Translations under genes and position numbers: made by a program
The notes under the pieces: model-generated
Told to the model about the DNA's origin: nothing
Database searches by the model: none
What the model saw: only the letters and a program-made list of their open reading frames with translations
Shown: one piece after another, positions 29,101-35,051 of the stretch
Layout: each line of letters begins with the position of its first letter
Numbering within the stretch: position 1 is the first letter of the stretch
Origin: a virus
Lineage: Duplodnaviria; Caudoviricetes
DNA: 41,029 bases
IMG/VR virus record: IMGVR_UViG_3300033067_001690
Span: 1-41,029 of that record
Strand: one strand, 5' to 3'

Positions 29101-29534
29101 GCGCCGGGACTGTCGTCGGCTACTTCCCCCGGACCGACACGTGGACCCACGGCGACAACGGCACCATCGGCATCCGCTTCGTGCTGGCCGCGAAGACGGG
29201 GGCGCAGGTCGATTCGAGCGTCCGCCTGCGCGATATCGAGATCTCCGGCTGGTACCGGCCGCGCCGTGTGGGCGAGTTCAGCATCACGCTCACGCTCGCC
29301 GACGAGTTGCTCATTGAGGGCGGCATCAAGCTCATAAGCACGGTGCAGCAGCAGATCGCCGAGCTGGAGTCCTGCATCGGCCCTCGCGCGCTCCCGGTGC
29401 CCTACCAATCGCCGGCGGACCGCGATGGCTACGCCGTCATCCGGGACGTGGAGTTCCGCGAGGGCCTATACGCGGACGGCGATAGGCAGATTCCGATCTA
29501 CGTGGCGAAGGTGGTGGGCGAATGGGCGAGCTGA
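26136..29534 (+). CDS. Large tail protein (nozzle/tubular-B-like) with inserted modules, 1132 aa
   Basis: ATGA-coupled start; beta-propeller-like segments (VNDMADFGSILVVGKSDGVYSL); last large structural gene before lysis. Confidence 0.65.
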   Translation: MSGKSGTPFKDRFNVRINEKAYKVATPDEVRAATSGRAWTTRQKSSQGGDGERFTIAIRDFSTGAGFSHDGPAGTYCYARGFDCSTPGEAVTWPHLVEGDSFLSTDVRGWQFRVGQYLYVARGRYVCKYLINPNSAGVNWPIIERHDLAAGTVAGDVIAGRPEVFAGKAYVPVRTGATGALERYHQLTTVSTFDAEIQTITISGTPTSGTYTISWNGSTSAAIAYNAGQAAVQAALRAIPGLEQVTVVTTGSTPNFTHTVTMTGAGGALGTASPPQMTNTDGTSGGAHAIAHATTHAGTSDTWTRAAAALMAKCFRRYGIKLQRGQGNTAAPGDYNRVYAVEGDPMTAGDWNPAAGAGYEFGDNAHEVNDMADFGSILVVGKSDGVYSLDPSFQSQALLPDFVNFVDDGNCIGMETGLGLLLVPMISGLVSFDGVGFDVIGPDQEKRLNARIDRGVGRFASLAVGGGGVVYYTANDGFNVEGILGSFRLPQAGQPRKMIFHQHEIEGGRYENVILLPSTSEPAAPKTPSTWSDDATVGTLAWSSPSNAAAEDDTAATASGTGTTHYLKGLSPQPNIPSDATILGIVPAVKRRGWSTLTKSQETNGGYASSQNATYNTARSGGGTLAATNAPATALFGQSLIGGVYTYYLAYLDFDTSAIPDTAEVLSVALGVYATVASPGETAAAVQARLYDFGATVTTADMIAGASLAALPLLATADATLWQNAPVAVPFTSEALFATNINRTGNTRIVLCTDAQVVGTAPASGTNPRQIYLSGAGGNYPTLVVRYKDIVDGTIKMVKVGAIAGNNLASAAQWPGAFDWAEYGGASDLLGTTWTPAQANDATTGMVISATSTGAGTFEVDTATITWYYTVPGQSDVATLLSVLAVSADRTTVHPKIWQLPRNGQTVGNDPLLSLARDNALLQLTRYSGPGRNLEKAYDTVIFWAEMSASNGTGPGLTVEYTLDDEHWASILDANGAALEVGAALGAAGAGTVVGYFPRTDTWTHGDNGTIGIRFVLAAKTGAQVDSSVRLRDIEISGWYRPRRVGEFSITLTLADELLIEGGIKLISTVQQQIAELESCIGPRALPVPYQSPADRDGYAVIRDVEFREGLYADGDRQIPIYVAKVVGEWAS

Positions 29535-29770
29535 CGCCATCGGAAGTAGCGCGGCTGCGCGGCCTGATCGGGCGTGTGGACCGGGACAACTGGAGCGGGA
29601 CGGTGCTGGCCGGCGGACTGCCGCAGGTGCCCCAGCGCGCCGCGTTGCCGGCTGCGGACAAGGACCACGCCTACCTGGTCCTCACCATCCCGGACGCTGC
29701 CGGCGCGAACGACCACACCTACCAGTGCCTCCGGGTGGCCACCGTTTGGACGTGGGTGCAACTTGACTGA
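29522..29770 (+). CDS. Small virion protein
   Basis: LPAA...H......D..Y.C......WTWVQ motif typical of small tail proteins. Confidence 0.6.
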   Translation: MGELTPSEVARLRGLIGRVDRDNWSGTVLAGGLPQVPQRAALPAADKDHAYLVLTIPDAAGANDHTYQCLRVATVWTWVQLD

Positions 29771-30125
29771 CCTCGACTCGGCAATCCACCTCGTACAGAC
29801 CTACGGGCTCCTCGTAGGCGGCGTCGGCGCCGGCCTGACGGGCACCGCGCTCGTTGCGCGCCAGGTGCGGAAAGCGCTGAGCACGGCCAGCCGCATCGCG
29901 CAGCTGCTCGAGGCCCAGCTGCAGCCGAACGGCGGCGGATCGCTCGTGGACAAGGTCAACAAGATTCAGCCCAACCACGAGGCCGCGGAAACGCACTGGA
30001 AGGCCTTGGAGGTGAATCAGACCGCGATGAAGCGCGAGATGGCCGACGGGTTCAGAGCGATCAACCGCCGGCTGGAGGAGGGCGATCGGCGTTTTGAGCG
30101 ATTGGAGGATGGAGATGCGCGTTAA
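29763..30125 (+). CDS. Membrane protein of the lysis region (one TM plus coiled coil)
   Basis: Hydrophobic YGLLVGGVGAGLTGTALVA, LQPNGGGSLVDKV motif and C-terminal coiled coil. Confidence 0.65.
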   Translation: MTDLDSAIHLVQTYGLLVGGVGAGLTGTALVARQVRKALSTASRIAQLLEAQLQPNGGGSLVDKVNKIQPNHEAAETHWKALEVNQTAMKREMADGFRAINRRLEEGDRRFERLEDGDAR

Positions 30126-30213
30126 CCGGGCGGCAGTAGCCGCGACGCTCGTGCTGGTGGCCGCGCTTGCGGGGTCCGTCTGCTCGCTACTCACAGGCAG
30201 GCTGGTGGAATGA
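30115..30213 (+). CDS. 32-aa single-TM peptide (holin/antiholin candidate)
   Basis: MRVNRAAVAATLVLVAALAGSVCSLLTGRLVE; RBS GGAGG; stop overlaps the lysin start. Confidence 0.5.
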   Translation: MRVNRAAVAATLVLVAALAGSVCSLLTGRLVE

Positions 30214-31169
30214 TGAGGGAGCCACGTTTGAATTGCGTCGACATGTCCAAGTGGGGCGGCGAACTCAGCGCCGGTGAAGCCGCCGCCATGTGGGAGATGG
30301 GCATCCGCAACATCAAGGTCGGGGTGGGCTACCCAGGCCCTGGCGGCGCCGGCGAATGGTCCCGCCAGCAGGCCCAGGCCTTCCTGGCGGTGAACCCCGC
30401 GGCGACCGTGGACGCCTACGTCTATCTCTACTTCGCCGGCGACGCGGGCCAGCAGACGGGGCAGGCCATCCGGACACTGGACGGCATTCCGATCCGCCGA
30501 TGGTGGCTGGATGCCGAGGACACCGACTCACCCGCCCTCAGCCCCAGCGATCGCGAGCGATTCCTTGTCCAGTGCACGGCCGCGATGGCTGGCCTGCCGG
30601 TCGGCATCTACACCGCCCGGTGGTGGTGGCCGTCGAACATGGCCGATTCGCCGCGGTTTGGAGACCTGCCGCTGTGGAACAGCTGGTATGACGGCGATCC
30701 GGACACGGACGGTTTGCCCTACGGCGGCTGGGCGGAGTCGGCGGTCGAACAGTACGAGGGCACGACCGACGTGGCCGGCCAATCGGTCGACCTGAACTAC
30801 GACAAAACGCTGGATGTTCCAGCAGAGGAGGAGAACCCTGTGAACCAGACCGAACTCGAGGACCTGATCCTCTCGACGTGGGCCGGCGCCGAAGAGCGCT
30901 ACACAGCCCTCGAAGCCAAACAGCTGGGTGATACCTCGCTGGCCCACACCACGAAGCCGCGCGACGTGCGCCTGGCGATTGCCCGCGAACGGATGGCCGA
31001 ACGCGTGACCGGCGGCGGGGAGAGCGTCGTTTCCTACGCCGGCTCCATTGCGGCCGCGGCCGCGAAGGTCGTTGAGTCCGGCCAGGTGAAAGCCGGCATG
31101 ACTGCGGACGAGGTCCAGGCGCTCATCCTCGCCGACCTGGCGGCGGCGCGGATTGTGGTGGGGGTCTGA
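30210..31169 (+). CDS. Endolysin, GH25 muramidase
   Basis: VDMSKWGG, AYVYLYF, WLDAED (DxE), GIYT..WWW, PLW.S.YD and QY.G...V.G.SVDLN motifs. Confidence 0.9.
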   Translation: MMREPRLNCVDMSKWGGELSAGEAAAMWEMGIRNIKVGVGYPGPGGAGEWSRQQAQAFLAVNPAATVDAYVYLYFAGDAGQQTGQAIRTLDGIPIRRWWLDAEDTDSPALSPSDRERFLVQCTAAMAGLPVGIYTARWWWPSNMADSPRFGDLPLWNSWYDGDPDTDGLPYGGWAESAVEQYEGTTDVAGQSVDLNYDKTLDVPAEEENPVNQTELEDLILSTWAGAEERYTALEAKQLGDTSLAHTTKPRDVRLAIARERMAERVTGGGESVVSYAGSIAAAAAKVVESGQVKAGMTADEVQALILADLAAARIVVGV

Positions 31170-31170
31170 G

Positions 31171-31395
31171 ATGAATCTTGGCCCTGAGTACACAACCGCT
31201 CTCGTCCGTGGCGCTGTCAGTGGCGCATTCACCGCGGGGGTGAGCTTCTTCACCATCGCCCCGGTCTACGGCGTCACCGCCGGCGCCTACGCGGCCGGGG
31301 TGAGCTTCTTTTCGATCATGGCCGCGCGCTTCGGCGTCGAAGGGAAAATCGACAGCGCGGCCGCCAAGAAGGCGGAAGGAGGTGATCCCTCGTGA
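31171..31395 (+). CDS. Holin-like two-TM protein
   Basis: 74 aa; duplicated A[FY][TA]AGVSFF[TS]I hydrophobic segments and a charged C-terminus; follows the lysin. Confidence 0.65.
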   Translation: MNLGPEYTTALVRGAVSGAFTAGVSFFTIAPVYGVTAGAYAAGVSFFSIMAARFGVEGKIDSAAAKKAEGGDPS

Positions 31396-31433
31396 AGTGC
31401 AAGAAGTGCGGCAAGGCGAAGTCGAAGTGCTAG
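31392..31433 (+). CDS. 13-aa micropeptide MKCKKCGKAKSKC
   Basis: GTGA coupling to the holin stop and AAGGAGGTGATC Shine-Dalgarno at 31376-31387. Confidence 0.5.
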   Translation: MKCKKCGKAKSKC

Positions 31434-31470
31434 CCGACTGATCGAACCGGTTCCCCCTCTTCCGGACGAG

Positions 31471-31519
31471 AGGCCCGCTCGGGCGCATGACCATCAGGCA
31501 TGCCAGGAGCGGGCCTTTT
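31471..31519 (+). terminator. Terminator at the end of the late operon
   Basis: AGGCCCGCTC/GAGCGGGCCT stem with inner GCATG/CATGC, followed by TTTT; lies between convergent genes. Confidence 0.7.
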
Positions 31520-31549
31520 CGTGCGCAGTTCCGATTTTGGCCCCCAATC

Positions 31550-31753
31550 TTAGGGAGATGGTGCGGTCACTGAGGCCGATCGCAGAAGGTCTGCATAGGA
31601 CCACTGCAGCGTTATGGTCGCGCCTGGCCGCTCCGGATTGGCGATGACGGCCCGAAGCGTCTCTCCCTCGCGGAGACTCAGCGGAAACGAGAGCACGCGG
31701 GCGGTTCCGCCTGCCACAGCGCCAGTAATCACGATTGCATCGTCCATGCTCAT
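31550..31753 (-). CDS. Hypothetical protein downstream of integrase
   Basis: 67-aa ORF starting 10 nt after the int stop, with GTAGGA upstream. Confidence 0.55.
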   Translation of the reverse strand: MSMDDAIVITGAVAGGTARVLSFPLSLREGETLRAVIANPERPGATITLQWSYADLLRSASVTAPSP

Positions 31754-31763
31754 ATCCTACCGC

Positions 31764-32714
31764 TCACCCAACCTTCTCCCGGAACGACCGGATAGCGCTG
31801 ACATGGGCGGCGCCCTGCGCGTACCTCATGGTCATCGCGATCGTGGCGTGCCCGAGCAGCTGCTGGACCTCGACCGGCGCCATGCCTGCATCCAGGCAGC
31901 GGCGCGCGAACCCATAGCGGAAGTCGTGCGGCGAGGCCTCGACGCCGGCAAGTAGGGCCAGCTTCTTGATCATCCCGATGATGCCGCTGCGCTGCAGCCG
32001 GAAGAGCGGTCCGGGCTCCCATCCCCGCTCGCTGTTGAGATACTCGAGGAGGGCGGCATAGGCCGCGGCGTCCAGGGGCAGCTCCCGCTCCTCGTGCGCC
32101 TTGGGGGAACGCACCGCGAGTAGCCCCACCTTTGTTTTGCCGTTCGATTCCTCGCGGAAGTCGGCCACCTCCATCGCGGCGAGCTCCTTCACGCGGACGC
32201 CCGTGCTCCAGAGGCAGCGCACGATCGCCGCATCGCGCAGCCGGCTGGGACGGTCGGTGAGCGCCCAGGTGCCGCGGCCGCGGCTTCGGTCGAGGGCGCA
32301 GACCACCATGCGGCGGACGTCGTTCTCAGCCATCGCGCGATGGATCTTCTGGGTCGTCCGGGTGACCGGCAGCCCTCGGCGCGGGTCGCGGGGCATCACG
32401 TCGCGCTCGTACAGCCAGCCCAGCCAGACGTAGAGCTGCCGTTGGTCATAGGCAATGGTGTTGTCGTCGAGCGGCCCGCCGTTCCTCCCGCGGCCGTCCC
32501 GCCGGCGAAGGGCGAGCCAGAGCACAACATGGTCGCTGGTCCAGTCGCGGGGCTCGATTGGAAGGCCGGGAGCCTCGGCGACGAAGCGCGCGCAGACCCT
32601 GCGGTAGCCGTTCAGGGTGGCTTCTTTCTTGCCGGATGCGCGGCGGTAGGCGAGGAACAGATCGAGCTGGCGCATGGCCGGGTGATCGGCGGCAATATGA
32701 AATCGTGAGGTCAT
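31764..32714 (-). CDS. int: Tyrosine integrase (316 aa from ATG 32714; possible 387-aa form from GTG 32927)
   Basis: Catalytic R (STGVRVKEL), K (SPKAHEER), HxxR (SPHDFR), H (LLGHA) and Y (MTMRY); SAM-like N-domain; GGAG RBS before ATG 32714. Confidence 0.93.
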   Translation of the reverse strand: MTSRFHIAADHPAMRQLDLFLAYRRASGKKEATLNGYRRVCARFVAEAPGLPIEPRDWTSDHVVLWLALRRRDGRGRNGGPLDDNTIAYDQRQLYVWLGWLYERDVMPRDPRRGLPVTRTTQKIHRAMAENDVRRMVVCALDRSRGRGTWALTDRPSRLRDAAIVRCLWSTGVRVKELAAMEVADFREESNGKTKVGLLAVRSPKAHEERELPLDAAAYAALLEYLNSERGWEPGPLFRLQRSGIIGMIKKLALLAGVEASPHDFRYGFARRCLDAGMAPVEVQQLLGHATIAMTMRYAQGAAHVSAIRSFREKVG

Positions 32715-32788
32715 CAACTCAACTCCGGGGGTGTGGTAGTGCGAGCCGCCTACACCAACGGGCCGAAATTGAATCTGCGATCGTCCTC

Positions 32789-32837
32789 TGGTAGCAGGGG
32801 GGAGACTTGAACTCCCGACCTCACGATTATGAGTCGT
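32789..32837 (-). mobile_element. attP core: 3' half of a CAT-anticodon tRNA (most like elongator tRNA-Met; Ile2 not excluded)
   Basis: Minus strand reads ACGA-CTCATAA-TCGT GAGGTC GGGAG-TTCAAGT-CTCCC CCCTGCT ACCA (anticodon arm, T arm, acceptor 3' strand, CCA) with no normal D arm; adjacent to int. Confidence 0.88.
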
Positions 32838-32923
32838 TCCAAGGTCTAACCCGCCCCGAAAGGGCTCTCCCAGATTCAACCCGGCCCCTCGGGACAGGGC
32901 GGACTCACACCTAAATCGTTGGG

Positions 32924-33043
32924 TCACCTGAGCCGCAGGCGCTTCGCGAGGCGGTCGATTGGGGACCAGTGCCAGTTGAAATCGTGGTAGGCGAAGGCCG
33001 CGAGAATGAGGATGACGGCAACGAATTCGAGGACGCCGGTCAT
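32924..33043 (-). CDS. 39-aa single-TM peptide
   Basis: MTGVLEFVAVILILAAFAYHDFNWHW...; ATGA-coupled to the 33040-33252 gene. Confidence 0.55.
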   Translation of the reverse strand: MTGVLEFVAVILILAAFAYHDFNWHWSPIDRLAKRLRLR

Positions 33044-33252
33044 CGGCCGGCCGCGTCGCGCTGTGCGCTGAGCCCGTCCATTCGAGCCTCTTGGCAAAGG
33101 TCGTCGCACTTCGGGCCGTTGTCGTAGTTGTGGAGCCAAACGAGGAACGCGGCGGCCCCGACGACAGCAAGGAGGATGAATCCTGCTTGCATCGCCTCGC
33201 GCCTCTCTTTGCGCTTCTCGGCCGCGCTAGGCTTCGTAGCCCGGTACATCAC
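33040..33252 (-). CDS. Small membrane protein (70 aa)
   Basis: Basic N-terminus, TM GFILLAVVGAAAFLVWL, CxxxC after the TM. Confidence 0.65.
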   Translation of the reverse strand: MMYRATKPSAAEKRKERREAMQAGFILLAVVGAAAFLVWLHNYDNGPKCDDLCQEARMDGLSAQRDAAGR

Positions 33253-33860
33253 TGCAGAAGCTCAGAGCCGTAGATTTGGCAGGAATCACCGAGAGGGAGG
33301 ACCAGGCGAGCACCAATCCCGATGAGCAGCGCCCCGAAAGCGCCTGTGAGATACACCGTCCTGCCTTCGTACTGCCAGAGGCGGATACAACCCGGTCCGT
33401 AGCTGATCCGCCAAAGGCCATATTGGCGCGCGATGATCGCCTGCGAGATGTCTATCACCTTGACGACCCCAACCACCTCAGGAAGCGGCGTTGTCGTCGG
33501 CGTCGGTACGACCACGGCAGGCAGTTCGCGAAAAACGTGCCAACCGCGCTCGCTGGTCCAAACGAGCCCGGAGCCTCCGTCGAGGTAAAACCCACCGCCA
33601 GCACCGTACGGGCCATAGTCGATCCACAGGAGGCCAGTCGGCTGAGTCGGTGAGTAGACGTGCCAGCCCCTCTCGGTAGTCCACACCTGCCCACTGACCG
33701 GATCCCACCAGAAGCCGCCGCCGGCGCTGCCGTAGGTCAGAGAATTGACCCAGAACTGGGCGGGAGCGGCATGTGCGGGTTCGGCGTCCCGCGAGACCAC
33801 CGTGAGGGCCCCAAAGCCCACGACCAGGACGAACGCGATTGCGATCAACGAACGGCGCAT
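33249..33860 (-). CDS. Secreted protein with two Trp-rich repeats (lysogenic conversion candidate)
   Basis: Signal peptide MRRSLIAIAFVLVVGFGAL...AHA; repeats YG.AGGGF[WY].D..SG.VWT.ERGWHV; PTPTTTP linker; RBS GGGGAG. Confidence 0.75.
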   Translation of the reverse strand: MRRSLIAIAFVLVVGFGALTVVSRDAEPAHAAPAQFWVNSLTYGSAGGGFWWDPVSGQVWTTERGWHVYSPTQPTGLLWIDYGPYGAGGGFYLDGGSGLVWTSERGWHVFRELPAVVVPTPTTTPLPEVVGVVKVIDISQAIIARQYGLWRISYGPGCIRLWQYEGRTVYLTGAFGALLIGIGARLVLPLGDSCQIYGSELLQ

Positions 33861-33925
33861 GACGCTCCCCTTTGTGAAGATCTCGGCATGCCGACAGCGC
33901 TTGTCGCGTTTTCGCCAACCGCCCG

Positions 33926-33954
33926 TTGTAAACGCGGCGCCATCTGCCTAAGTT
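33926..33954 (+). promoter_or_regulatory. Candidate rightward sigma70-type promoter
   Basis: TTGTAA-17 nt-TAAGTT upstream of GAGGAGG and ATG 33981. Confidence 0.55.
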
Positions 33955-33980
33955 CGATCCACCAATTGAGGAGGGGTGAA

Positions 33981-34094
33981 ATGCCCAAGGCAGTCGAGAA
34001 GCCGCAGGCCAAGCTGGTAGTGAAGTGGCAGCCGCTCACGCGCGGGACGCTCCCGCGGCCGGAGATACGGTTCCCGTTCCCGGAGGAGGACTGA
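33981..34094 (+). CDS. 37-aa peptide MPKAVEKPQAKLVVKWQPL...
   Basis: Strong RBS GAGGAGGGGTG and an upstream promoter candidate. Confidence 0.6.
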   Translation: MPKAVEKPQAKLVVKWQPLTRGTLPRPEIRFPFPEED

Positions 34095-34313
34095 ATGGAC
34101 GCACTGTTGACCGTCGTGAGAGGGGCGACGCCTGCCGAGCTGTTCGAGGTCGTGGCGACGTGGGAAATCATCATTCCGCCGACCCCTGTCCGCGATCAGT
34201 CCCTCCGGTTAATCGAAGCACTGTCCCAAGAATCAGCCGCTGATCATCTGGATGGAGACTGGGCCACCGTTCCACCAGCTGCTTGGGAAGCAGAGCGGCC
34301 GCTGTCGGATTGA
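34095..34313 (+). CDS. Hypothetical 72-aa protein overlapping the repressor 3' end in antisense
   Basis: ATG directly after the previous stop with GGAGGAGG RBS; 143-nt convergent overlap. Confidence 0.45.
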   Translation: MDALLTVVRGATPAELFEVVATWEIIIPPTPVRDQSLRLIEALSQESAADHLDGDWATVPPAAWEAERPLSD

Positions 34314-34560
34314 GGTGAACCCCGAGCGCAACGAGTAGCTGTTCGGCAGAGATGCCGAGGATGCTGATGAGTTTGTTGATGGTCGCCACGTCCGGCTCCT
34401 GCTCCTCGCTTTCGAGGCGATACACGATCCCCTTCGTTCGCCCGAGCCGCTCAGCCAGCTCGACCGGCGTCATGCCGGCTTCCATCCGCTTGCGGGCTAT
34501 AAGGTCGCCGAAGCCTTTTTTCATGGCCGACCAAGAATATCGAGATTTGGGGGTTGACAT
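34171..34560 (-). CDS. XRE-family (CI-like) repressor; start 34560 or 34524
   Basis: FGDLIARKRMEAGMTPVELAERLGRTKGIVYRLES....PDVATINKLISILG HTH; divergent from the early operon; no S24 peptidase domain. Confidence 0.85.
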   Translation of the reverse strand: MSTPKSRYSWSAMKKGFGDLIARKRMEAGMTPVELAERLGRTKGIVYRLESEEQEPDVATINKLISILGISAEQLLVALGVHLNPTAAALLPKQLVERWPSLHPDDQRLILGTVLRLTGGTDRGQGSAE

Positions 34561-34625
34561 GTGTACCCCCTTGTTCGAAGATTGCTCCACCGGGGTACAC
34601 AAAGCGAACCGGAGGAGAGGTACAC
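34554..34625. promoter_or_regulatory. Genetic switch: rightward promoter and three GGTACAC operator-like sites
   Basis: TTGACA(34554)-17-GAAGAT(34577); TGTGTACCCC (34560-34569) and GGGGTACACA (34592-34601) form a 10-bp inverted repeat; third copy at 34619-34625. Confidence 0.65.
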
Positions 34626-34868
34626 ATGCCTGGCACGAACTCAACCCCGTTCACGATTCGGCTTCCGAACTGGCTTTGGGAGCAGATCGATGATGCAGGG
34701 GCGCGGGTCGGCATGAAGCGTGCGGAGTATCTGCGCCGTCACCTCTCAGCGGTTCATCCGTGTGTCCCGGAAGTTCGAAAAACGAACGAATCAGTACGTA
34801 CTTCGAACCAAGCCGCCGAAGCCACTGAGGAGCCCGACTGGGCGGCCTCACCACTGCCAAAGGACTGA
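34626..34868 (+). CDS. Ribbon-helix-helix (Arc/CopG-like) cro-equivalent
   Basis: PFTIRLPNWLWEQIDDAGARVGMKRAEYLRRHL is an RHH pattern; RBS GGAGG. Confidence 0.75.
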   Translation: MPGTNSTPFTIRLPNWLWEQIDDAGARVGMKRAEYLRRHLSAVHPCVPEVRKTNESVRTSNQAAEATEEPDWAASPLPKD

Positions 34869-34873
34869 GCGCG

Positions 34874-35050
34874 ATGCCATCAACGACGACGGAGAAGCCC
34901 TACACGCTGGGGCAGCTCACCAAGGCACTCGGCGAGGCGAAGGAACAGGCCCTCGACGCGGCCAACACCATCTACCGGATCGTCCACCTGCTTGAGGACA
35001 CCGAGGAGCAGACCATCGCCTGGCGCAATTCCGGGCAGAAGGCCGGCTGA
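34874..35050 (+). CDS. Hypothetical protein (58 aa, MPSTTTEKPYTLGQL...)
   Basis: RBS AAGGA; fills the gap in the operon. Confidence 0.6.
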   Translation: MPSTTTEKPYTLGQLTKALGEAKEQALDAANTIYRIVHLLEDTEEQTIAWRNSGQKAG

Positions 35051-35051
35051 G

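Noticed and set aside
32789-32865. A complete functional tRNA gene
   Set aside because: No D arm and a mismatched first anticodon-stem pair; better explained as the attP core.
32853-32870. GCCCCGAAAGGG resembling GCCCCGAAGGG at 35353
   Set aside because: Short GC-rich hairpin-like match with no further shared context.
34555-34566. LexA/SOS box (GAAC-N4-GTTC type) at the switch
   Set aside because: TGACATGTGTAC has three mismatches in the eight conserved positions and is already explained by the -35 and GGTACAC sites.
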